A stretch of 63,368 nucleotides of DNA, the filler included, from Aduncisulcus paluster (taxonomy: Eukaryota): NCBI GenBank assembly GCA_024181965.1. It is 6 parts of 6 records of this genome, joined end to end, with 100 filler letters (N's around TTAATTAATTAA, not from the genome) between each part and the next. Parts side by side here need not be neighbours in the genome. Positions count along the whole stretch, not along the records: positions 1 to 12,205 come from BQXS01009988.1; positions 12,306 to 33,917 come from BQXS01009989.1; 4 more parts are not named here. One strand, written 5' to 3'. This document shows positions 10,652-20,001 of this stretch, piece by piece. Both the position numbers and the translations under genes were made by a program. Every line of letters begins with the position of its first letter. The first letter of the stretch is position 1. A model generated the notes under the pieces. The model ran no database searches, had not been told where the DNA came from, and was given only the letters and a program-made list of their open reading frames with translations.

Positions 10652-11268
10652 CATTTCTGCTATGCGTAAGTATGGCGAAGACGTTTTTCCCCCGACTTAT
10701 TGTTTTATCCATAATTATTGAATAGCAACCGATAAGAGATCTTTTTCTTTCTTCCTTAAGTGAAATTTGGGCGACACGATGAGCAGTATCATAGCACGAC
10801 GATACACTCAAATAAAACGCTTTTTGTTCGCCTAAGAAATATTTATAAATCTCTTCTTGCAATTCTGCATCTAATAGCTTTGTCATTGCTGGAATTGAAA
10901 TCCCAGCTTTGAGACATTTTTCCACGCATTTTTCTCTGAATCTTCTCTTTCCTGTGTTTTATTACCTGCTCTGATGATTCAAATTTTTGCAGAGAAATTA
11001 AATGAATTGAACTTAATATGTGGGAGTGGAAGGATCTTATTGAATTTAAGTCACATCCACAGATACAGCATCTAAATGTCATGGGAATGGACTCATCCAA
11101 TATTCTGAAATGTTTTAGTGTTTCTTGTTTCATCATCTTTAAAACATGGTCCTTTTTTGTTGATATCGGAATTTTTCTTTTTGCTCGGTATCTTTGCCAT
11201 ATTGTCTGTTTTTTGTATTTTAATATAAATGTTGGCTCTAATATTCCTATAATTTGTCTGTCCATCAA
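10652..11268 (-). pseudogene. hAT transposase N-terminal part (copy 2), frameshifted
   Basis: WQRYR...CCICGCDLNS...H....IH and AGISI...YSIIMDKTISRGKNVFAI match the 6237 copy; split across two frames near 10925. Confidence 0.85.
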
Positions 11269-11778
11269 ATTGAATATTGCGAATTTTTGTCATTTTGATT
11301 TGATGGCTTATTTATCTTTCTTGGTGAAAATGGGGAAAACAAACTAACAAATAATAATATATATTATATTTATTATTTATTCCTATTATTATTTCTCATT
11401 TTGGCGTGGGTCAGAAATCATCCGGAATCTCTGGTGATCCCTATGGTTTTCATGGAATAAAAACCGATAACGACGAAATTTTTTTGTCATGGAGAATTTC
11501 GATAAGAGTATGGTCTCCAAATTTTTTAGACAATATTTTGTCAATAAACTCCTCTTCTAATGACATAATTAATGTATTTTCGGGAATAACTCTGGGGCTT
11601 AAAGCAAAATTTGAATGAAACTACAAATGGGTCACAAATAGCTGCAAATCAAGATTTTTAGAAAGAAATAATATTAGGGCTGTTATTTTACAAGACATAC
11701 CGATATAATATTTTATTTAAGAATATATATCTCACCATGATTTTTTGTGAGATACACTGGATATTATAAAACATATTA

Positions 11779-12205
11779 TTAATAAATATTTCTAATATAC
11801 TTAAATTTATTATTTATTCTTCTTCTGCTAATCCTTTTTTTTTCCTTGACATTGGTAAAATTTGAAAAAGACTTTTTTTTTCTGATGGAGGACGTCTTTT
11901 CTTGCAATCGCTCTAATGCTGAATGCTACATTCTCAGAAATACATGCTGATAATCCCAATCTTCCTCCTCTTCTTTTGTACTCACGAAACTTTCTGATAA
12001 ACAACTGATATTCGGATTTCTCAAATAATTCCAGAACTGGAGGGCTTTCTACTGGTAGAGTTGAGTCAAAACTTCAGAATCGCCTGCTTGGGACTGCACA
12101 ATCGGGTTTCCGTCACCCAACATGATCTTGGATTTTAAATGTCCCAACGATAACTTTGATACTTCCTTTTCCTCCTTAGACTCTTCATCATTGCTCTTTT
12201 CTTCC
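11779..12205 (-). pseudogene. gag: Gag fragment with frameshift
   Basis: Manual translation ESPPVLELFEKSEYQLFIRKFREYKRRGGRLGLSACI; the upstream part is in another frame (shift near 12060). Confidence 0.65.
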
Positions 12206-12305
12206 NNNNNNNNNNNNNNNNNNNNNNNNNNNNNNNNNNNNNNNNNNNNTTAATTAATTAANNNNNNNNNNNNNNNNNNNNNNNNNNNNNNNNNNNNNNN
12301 NNNNN
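12206..12305. other. Artificial scaffold spacer
   Basis: N44-TTAATTAATTAA-N44 (stops in all six frames). Confidence 0.98.
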
Positions 12306-12433
12306 TTGAAGAAGTGTTTGTCCTCTTGCAAGGTGTTTCCATGCCTGATGATGTGCGATCCATCAGTTCTGCATGTCAGAGTAAGAAGCCACAGCATCGA
12401 CCCACAGCAGCGGATCTGTTGGCGAAGATGTGA
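12306..12433 (+). CDS. C-terminal end of a protein kinase (partial)
   Basis: Manual translation ...MPDDVRSISSACQSKKPQHRPTAADLLAKM* resembles kinase subdomain XI. Confidence 0.6.
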
Positions 12434-12864
12434 GGTATGGAATGAAGAGGTATGAAATGGTGATATATTGAGGATATGAAATGATATTATTGATTGAGAT
12501 TTGAGCCTAACTCAAATGTAGTATTGATTGCGTTCTATTTTCAGATGTTCTATTTTGAGATACATGATTCATTTCTGAGCGTGTATTTTTTTATGATTTG
12601 TTGTTTTTCATCGTATATTTCATGGTTGTTTGCTTGTTTTTATTGTTATTGTTTATAGTTGTTCATTCTTGTTCATCTTTTCCTCCTTGTTCTCCGTTTT
12701 GAAATCTGTTCTTGTGTTGATAATGTTGCTCTATTGTTGTTGTTGTGAGTCTATTGTGAGTTCACTCAGTTAACACCAACACAATCCCTGATGCAGTCAT
12801 TTCTGTGGTCTTTCTGAAAGAGTAAACGACAATCTTGCAAGTTACCAACTTCACAAACACCCAT

Positions 12865-13164
12865 TCACAACAGTTTATTGATCAGAGACCTGAAACCAAC
12901 AATATGGGGAGGAGATGAAAATGCATCATCCCATTCTCGTGCTCGGAAGGCTTCGAAGTGTGAATCCCTCTTTTGCTTCTCTTTCTCCCACTCTCGACGA
13001 ATCTCAATGTTCAAGAAGATGGAAATCAAAGACAAAGAACCAATAACACAAAGAAATGTCAAAGATAATAAGAATATTTCCAAAAATTCGATTATTTCGA
13101 TCATTTTAGACAAAAATACAAACATGATTTCTATTTTTAGAAATTCTATTTTTAGAACACACAA
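12865..13164 (-). CDS. Possible small single-pass membrane protein
   Basis: Hydrophobic stretch IFLLSLTFLCVIGSLSLISIFL followed by a charged tail; start codon uncertain. Confidence 0.3.
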   Translation of the reverse strand: MCVLKIEFLKIEIMFVFLSKMIEIIEFLEIFLLSLTFLCVIGSLSLISIFLNIEIRREWEKEKQKRDSHFEAFRAREWDDAFSSPPHIVGFRSLINKLL

Positions 13165-13237
13165 ATTATAATGCCCTAAAAATCGAATATTATCCTATAA
13201 TATCACCATAAAAATATACTATTTGAACATATTCATT

Positions 13238-16200
13238 TCATTTGAACAACATTTCAACTGCACAAGAAGTTGTTTCAATAAACCGATAAGTTTTTTTCCG
13301 AATGAGTTTTTCATCTAAATAATGGAGACAGACGAGGGTTTCTTGGATCATACTTTTTGAAGTCAATTTCTTTTTCAATACAGTTTCCCACTTTTGAGAT
13401 CCATATTTCTGTGGATTTTGAACACTTCCATCCAATACTCTTCCACTCAGACACTCAATAATAATGTTTTGTTTTGCATCGCCAGCCCATCCGGAGACAA
13501 ATAGAGGAGATTTCAAACAAATCCTATCATTTGCGATGTCAATATAAAAAGAAGGAATCAATGAAATTGAAGATGATGAAATAATTCGATGAAAATAGGA
13601 ATCAGAAAGAGAATAACATCTAGATTGAACTAAAAATGAATCTACATCGACTGTTATGGAACTAGAATTATTAGAATACTTTAAAGCCCTTGAATAAAAT
13701 TGTGAGCACATATCTCGAATTAGAGAGGAAGGAGAATAACGGTTCTTTTGAATCATACAAATCAATTCAAATTTTTCATCGGCATTTAAATCATATTTCG
13801 GATATTGTTTGATCATTTGAAGAAAACATTGATATATCTCCGACACAATATGTTCATCAATACTTGAAGATCGCATAATACCAATAAATATTTGCAAAAC
13901 CATTGAAAAATCCCTCGATTTAGATAGAAATCTCGATGCTTTACATACAGAATCAACTAATTGATCCAATGAAAATGCAAAAGATCCCGTTTCTGGATCA
14001 CGTCCTTTGGAAATAACAAGGTTAATCAGAATAAAGAGAGATGAAATGAAAGGATAACGTTCTATCCAATCTTTGACATATTTTTCAATTGATTTAAGAA
14101 GCATTGGTTGATGAGAATCTGGCATACCATAATATAAATTCATTGTATTTTGTATAATTGCATATAATGATGATTCATCCAATACATAATCACATCCAGC
14201 CATTTTCCAGGAATACTCAAAAAAACTCATATTATCATCATTGGAATTCATTACAAAAAGGCCCTCGAAAAGTGAGAAATCAAGACTGAATGTCAGAGCT
14301 TCAGTCAATATATCGTTACATAATATATTCCCTGATTTCCCAAGCACCTTTGTAATTGTAATAAAATAGGGGCCAAACAACTCCACAATTTCCCTCAATT
14401 CATCATCAGGAAAGTATTTCATCTTTGTGTTCCTTATCAAAAATTTAATGGCTTTCCCATTCAAAAAAGTACAGAGCTTTGTCACTTCATCGATTCCGTC
14501 ACTCGTGGCGTGAAATGCACTCTCAACTTCTTCAAAGAAAGAAACAATTCGTCCACGGTTCTCAACAAAACATGAATACAACTCATGACTGCCTGAGCAT
14601 TCATTGATTGTCTCCAGCAGAGAGATACAGGAAGTGACGGCTGTATCCGAGTAAACACGAGATATAAACAAGAAAAGATTCTTAGGATCACCCCTTTCAT
14701 TCTCAAAGAAATCGAAACATTCACAAATGTTCTTGAAACAAGCTCGTAGGAAAGGAATAAGCTGCGGAATTGCGGAGAAAGCCATCAACATCATAGATAC
14801 ATCTTGAAAGTAATCATATTCAATATGAAGACCTTCAGCCTTACTCATTTCAAACCATTTGTCAAGCCTAGACTCAACCAAATGAAATATCTGACAGCCA
14901 AACGATGGATCGACACTGCAAAGTCGACATACAACGTTGGAATAGTTGGGCAAATCGAGATGATCCATAATACGAATGTTTCCATCGCCCTTTGATATCA
15001 TTTTCAAGATGATTTGATCAAGACGAATGAAATATGGGAATATTCTTCGACAATAATGTTGATCTCTTTGGTTTGATATGATTCTTGATAGAATATTGAC
15101 AAATATCATGATATTACTTCCAAATTGAACAATAAAATCAAAATAATCAAGAATAATATCCAAAATATCACCTCGTAGTCGTGAGTAATCTGATAGAATC
15201 TTCAGACAATTCATAATACCATGAACAAGCCCCTTTGAAACACCACCTTTCTTTGATGATGAACTGAACCTTCGGAGAACACTTCGAGCTACTCCAAGAA
15301 TGCGTCTAAACAATGGAATTAACACATCTTCCAAATTTTTGACGTGAATAATGACATTGTAACAAAACCAGAATATCATGACAATCCCTTGATCTTGAAA
15401 GATATCCAAATTCGTCAAAAGAGAAGATAGAATTCTGCTGATAAAATTCCCATACTGCTCCCAATCTTTGAGAAATACTTCTGAGAGCCACCCCCATGAT
15501 GATTCTGTGCACATCACGGCAGAAAAACACATCAAATAAGAATATTTATCCCTCTCCATCTCTTCGCTTGTTCGTTCCATTGTTAAATACTCAACTAAAG
15601 TATGTTGATTCTCCCCAAAGATCTCGAGACGATCTCTGTGCATTCGTTTACAGAAGAGAGAGTTACACAACGGTGCCAATTCATAGGATTTGTTCATATT
15701 TGCATAGTATCGAGAAGCAGCGTAACGAGTTCCAAAATGGCGCACCAAATTCCACATCTTGGCATCGAATATATCGGAGATTTCTTTTCCAATTTCTCCT
15801 GATTCGATAAAAGCTGAATTACAAGTCATCAACATAACAGTCGATGCTATTGTCGTATAACATCTATGATACCTTCCCTTGATGTATTTTTCAATGATAG
15901 TTGCATCTATTTCTGGGGTTATTTCTGTCTCTATATGGATTAGAATATCATACATGTTAGCACAATACTCAATGAGCATCGAACATTCAGCATTACAGCC
16001 AGTCATGTTACTGATATAGTATGGAACATCACTCAACAGGAAATGACTAGATAATACCAATTCTTTGGATGTGTATGAGTCTGTAATGATACGAATAATG
16101 TCTTTTGCAAATTGTTTCTCTTTAAATTTAAATCTAGGTCCATCTGGAAATCCTCTAATAATTCCATTGATCACCATTCCAAATAGAAAGCAGAATTTTT

Positions 16201-16816
16201 CCTTGTTATAGCGTTCCACCCAGGTCGGTATAAAAGCGTAAACTTTGGGAACCAACTCTTCACGACATGCTTCTCTTTCCAACAATGAACAAAGAGTACA
16301 TAGAATAGTTGAGACTAAATCATCACATAGAAGCTTGTGAGTGCCTTCATCAAGAATACGAATTAGGGAGGGTTGAAGAAGAAGAAAGGGACCATAATCA
16401 AGTTTGGAAAAAAGATACGATTGGATAGAAGTGAAATATTTCCAACAGATAGAATATAGTGGAATTAAAATTTCATGTCCTAAATCTTTTTCGGCCTTAA
16501 GAATCTGAAAAAGAAATGATTTAACAATAGACACATTTAAAGTACAATCAGGTGTCATATTAACATAAATATCCTCATAAACATTGATATCTTTTGGAGT
16601 TCCCATTAATAATGATAGAAATTCACAACAATCAACGATAATACGAGAAGAAGCAGAATCAATTTTGGAACCAAGAAAATAATCAAGTGTAGCCCGAATA
16701 CGTCGATAATTTGAAAAATATAAGGTTGATCTTTCGGAAGGAAAGCTCTGAAGGGCCTTAAACCGGAGTGTTTTTAACTCGTCATAGGAAAAACATTTTG
16801 TTGGGAGAATCTCCAT
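13238..16816 (-). CDS. Large hypothetical protein, probably alpha-solenoid
   Basis: About 1190-codon intronless ORF from the first ATG (16816); Leu/Ile/Phe-rich helical character; no recognised motif. Confidence 0.8.
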   Translation of the reverse strand: MEILPTKCFSYDELKTLRFKALQSFPSERSTLYFSNYRRIRATLDYFLGSKIDSASSRIIVDCCEFLSLLMGTPKDINVYEDIYVNMTPDCTLNVSIVKSFLFQILKAEKDLGHEILIPLYSICWKYFTSIQSYLFSKLDYGPFLLLQPSLIRILDEGTHKLLCDDLVSTILCTLCSLLEREACREELVPKVYAFIPTWVERYNKEKFCFLFGMVINGIIRGFPDGPRFKFKEKQFAKDIIRIITDSYTSKELVLSSHFLLSDVPYYISNMTGCNAECSMLIEYCANMYDILIHIETEITPEIDATIIEKYIKGRYHRCYTTIASTVMLMTCNSAFIESGEIGKEISDIFDAKMWNLVRHFGTRYAASRYYANMNKSYELAPLCNSLFCKRMHRDRLEIFGENQHTLVEYLTMERTSEEMERDKYSYLMCFSAVMCTESSWGWLSEVFLKDWEQYGNFISRILSSLLTNLDIFQDQGIVMIFWFCYNVIIHVKNLEDVLIPLFRRILGVARSVLRRFSSSSKKGGVSKGLVHGIMNCLKILSDYSRLRGDILDIILDYFDFIVQFGSNIMIFVNILSRIISNQRDQHYCRRIFPYFIRLDQIILKMISKGDGNIRIMDHLDLPNYSNVVCRLCSVDPSFGCQIFHLVESRLDKWFEMSKAEGLHIEYDYFQDVSMMLMAFSAIPQLIPFLRACFKNICECFDFFENERGDPKNLFLFISRVYSDTAVTSCISLLETINECSGSHELYSCFVENRGRIVSFFEEVESAFHATSDGIDEVTKLCTFLNGKAIKFLIRNTKMKYFPDDELREIVELFGPYFITITKVLGKSGNILCNDILTEALTFSLDFSLFEGLFVMNSNDDNMSFFEYSWKMAGCDYVLDESSLYAIIQNTMNLYYGMPDSHQPMLLKSIEKYVKDWIERYPFISSLFILINLVISKGRDPETGSFAFSLDQLVDSVCKASRFLSKSRDFSMVLQIFIGIMRSSSIDEHIVSEIYQCFLQMIKQYPKYDLNADEKFELICMIQKNRYSPSSLIRDMCSQFYSRALKYSNNSSSITVDVDSFLVQSRCYSLSDSYFHRIISSSSISLIPSFYIDIANDRICLKSPLFVSGWAGDAKQNIIIECLSGRVLDGSVQNPQKYGSQKWETVLKKKLTSKSMIQETLVCLHYLDEKLIRKKTYRFIETTSCAVEMLFK

Positions 16817-17291
16817 TTTTGTTGGATTTAAATAAAAAATCGAATTTAACAATTAAAAGATTTCCAAAAAAACAAGTTGAAAAGTTCCAAATAGTAAACA
16901 AATGTTAAGTTACGAAAAGACATCTTTTCGACTCGAACAAACATTTATACGAGAGATCACAAGCAGAAAAGCATATATAAAAGAATGATTCTATTTATTT
17001 CTGGCCTTCGATTTTGGTTCCATTCATCTGTTGAATCTATCCGAAGTTAGGATTCCTAACTTCTAGGATTTCCTTGAAAAAAATCTACAAACTCAAAGTA
17101 AGTTGATTTGGTGGAGCTACATCCGTAAGTACTTGATACTCTTCTCCCTTTTCTGTCTTCTTTTCATGATTCGATACTCGCAAAGATTATCCTATCTCTT
17201 CTGAGACTTACTTGCAGTCACAGCATCGAAGATGGAATAACTTCAGAGAAAGAAGCTCTAAAACAACGAGAAACAAAAGATATTCAACATA

Positions 17292-19481
17292 TTATTGGCT
17301 TTGATCCCATCCTTGATAATGTTCGACACAATCAAATGAAGATCCAACAGAATCAACACTTCCGATAAAACCACCGTACTTTCTAATTTGCTCAGACACC
17401 ACATCTTCAGTGCTTGGATATTCCCATCCTTCACCAATCTTTGGGAGCAAATATTTAATGGCCTGAACTTTCTTACGAGCATCATGAACCCTCATTCGTT
17501 TATGCTCATGTAATTGCGTAAGCCCAATGTATATTTCCTCAAGACATTTATAAACCGGTTGAAACTTTTCTCCATCAATTGTCAACAAAGATTTGAACAG
17601 CTGCGAACTAGAGATTCTTGGTGTCAAATCCTTTTGGATCAAAGAAAGAAGTGTTTTTACAAAACACGCTGTATCTTGAATACCACGAAGAACAGTCATT
17701 TGAAGAAAAGGATCACAACATAAGAATAAACCCAGCATTGAAATACCAAGAGAGTAGGCATCACTCCTTTGACTTTGGATTCCATCCCGAAGGGCTTCAT
17801 ATGAGTTGTAAACAAGGGTTCCACATATACGTTGTTGATGAGTTATCTTCTTTTCTGGCTTTATCGAGAGAGAAGAACATGATTCAGAATCCCTACTGGA
17901 AGAGGCTGAACCAGAGATGGAATCCTGGATCTGCACGAATCCAAGATCAGCAAGGACAATATTGCACTTCTTAGAATCAGGATCAACACGAACAAGGAAG
18001 TTGTCAGGTTTGATGTCTCGATGAACAAGACTTGGTTTAGCCGTGAACACATCATCGAGACATTCAATCATTCCAACACACAGGGCAGCAACTTTCACAG
18101 GGTTCAGTGTCATGGGGTCAAAGGATGAGGAATGTTGGCGAGATGCAGAATCTGAGGAACAACTCGAATCAGAGTCGGAGAAAGAAGAATCATCAGAATC
18201 TTCATCATCCTTCGCACTCACATACTTGTCATCGACACACCATCTCTTTGCAAAGGAACTCACACTGCCTCCAACACAGAATTCCATCAAGAACCCATAC
18301 ACACCTTTGTAGTTATCATCAAGAAGATCAAGAATATACAGAGGACGTGGGATTCGGTTGAAACATTTGGGATTGTTGAACAACTTTCTTTGAACCTTAA
18401 ACTCCTTTCGACAAGCTTTTACGACCCTTTTATCTGCAATTTTAAGCATTTTTTTCAGTACACATGGATAAGGAAGACCCTTCACCTTCACAAGAAGAAT
18501 TTCACCAAATCCACCATTACCAATAATGCATAGTGGTGAAAGTTCAGAAGCAGAACGTAACACAGAATCATCAGTACGATGATCTATTTTTCGCAAATAT
18601 TCATCTTTTTCAAACTTCATAGGAACTTTATGTTCTCTTTCATAGTATTTGAATTGTAAGTCTTTTGATCGATATTTTTTCCTTTCTAATTTATCTTTTG
18701 TAACTGTTTTTCGCAGATCATGAAAGAAATATTTTGAGGAATTACGACCGAACAAATCTTCGGGTTTATATATTTTCCTCCAACAAGGTGACGGCTGATC
18801 GCAAATTTCAAATTCAAAACCATAACGATCTATTTTTCTTTTCGGTTTATCACATCTTTTCTTTTTTTTCTCTCTTTTTTGCGATGAAGAATGAAAATAA
18901 TCATGTTTTTCTTCGGCACATCTTTTTCCTGCAGAGACAGAAGATTTTTTAGCCATGATAATTCCAGAATCATTTCCCTTCGCCTTCTTCTTCGAATCGG
19001 CTAATATGAATCGGATACCGTGCAAAAATGGAGCATCACCATCCCATGCTTTTGTACCCCTTATTTTACACCCATCAACATCATTTAGATGGACTGGTAA
19101 GTATCTCCATTCATATTCAGAGGTAGGTTGAGCGAAATCATATTTTTTTTCAAACTCATCCTTCTGGTTATAAAAAACTATGTTGAGAGTTATAGGACCC
19201 ATTGCTTTGTTAACATTCATGAAAATACCCTTAATTGAACTCGTAGTGCGGAACGGAATTGTTAATTCTGTAAACCAGACCCAACAAATATCTTGCAGCA
19301 TTTTTAAAACATTTTCAGTCACATTTTTCTCATCATTGAACCCACATACACCTTCAACTTTGATTGGAATACACCGCTTGTCGTCGAGAGTGATTGGGGG
19401 ATGGTGACTGATCGATTGTCTACCTTCGGCGTTGCGACAAGGATCGCATCCATCTTTTACATGTTCTGCCTTGATTGCCAT
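17292..19481 (-). CDS. Ser/Thr protein kinase with N-terminal beta-rich domain
   Basis: IGNGGFG, VLKK, HRDIKPDN, ADLG, CGTLVYNSYE, SDAYSLG. Confidence 0.95.
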   Translation of the reverse strand: MAIKAEHVKDGCDPCRNAEGRQSISHHPPITLDDKRCIPIKVEGVCGFNDEKNVTENVLKMLQDICWVWFTELTIPFRTTSSIKGIFMNVNKAMGPITLNIVFYNQKDEFEKKYDFAQPTSEYEWRYLPVHLNDVDGCKIRGTKAWDGDAPFLHGIRFILADSKKKAKGNDSGIIMAKKSSVSAGKRCAEEKHDYFHSSSQKREKKKKRCDKPKRKIDRYGFEFEICDQPSPCWRKIYKPEDLFGRNSSKYFFHDLRKTVTKDKLERKKYRSKDLQFKYYEREHKVPMKFEKDEYLRKIDHRTDDSVLRSASELSPLCIIGNGGFGEILLVKVKGLPYPCVLKKMLKIADKRVVKACRKEFKVQRKLFNNPKCFNRIPRPLYILDLLDDNYKGVYGFLMEFCVGGSVSSFAKRWCVDDKYVSAKDDEDSDDSSFSDSDSSCSSDSASRQHSSSFDPMTLNPVKVAALCVGMIECLDDVFTAKPSLVHRDIKPDNFLVRVDPDSKKCNIVLADLGFVQIQDSISGSASSSRDSESCSSLSIKPEKKITHQQRICGTLVYNSYEALRDGIQSQRSDAYSLGISMLGLFLCCDPFLQMTVLRGIQDTACFVKTLLSLIQKDLTPRISSSQLFKSLLTIDGEKFQPVYKCLEEIYIGLTQLHEHKRMRVHDARKKVQAIKYLLPKIGEGWEYPSTEDVVSEQIRKYGGFIGSVDSVGSSFDCVEHYQGWDQSQ

Positions 19482-20001
19482 ATCTGACCTGCCATGAACC
19501 GATCACATCGAAGTAAAAATAAGATCATAAGATGACGAATAAGAACGAATCAAAAATGTGATTCAAACAATCTTTTAAATAAACTAAGTGGAAAATATAC
19601 ATACATATATCGTTAATAATTTGTCGTTGCTCCAGGCTCGAAAAAAAAAAAAACAACTCAGAATGAGCAATCAGATGATCAGAACAAAGAACCCTCGCCG
19701 GGGAAAATATGTTCATGACATTTTTTGAAAATTTTATACCAGTATCTAAATTTATGGATCTACAAATAAACAAAAACTGATTTTATTTTTCATAAATGTA
19801 TCCAGAAAAAGGCTTGAATCCGCCATCGGTGTACTGTTGTTTTCTTAAAGAAAAAAGAGAATAATATTCAAGAAAACAAAATAAAATATTAGATTTCGAA
19901 ATAATAATTTGTTCATTATATATGTTTACTCATGATTAGAGAAGTTACACCAGAACCTAATTATTTTGCTTCCCACAAAATAATATTATAAAATATATCA
20001 T

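Noticed and set aside
11406-11700. Coding-like minus-strand segment with several stops
   Set aside because: Probably a decayed TE piece, but no family could be assigned.
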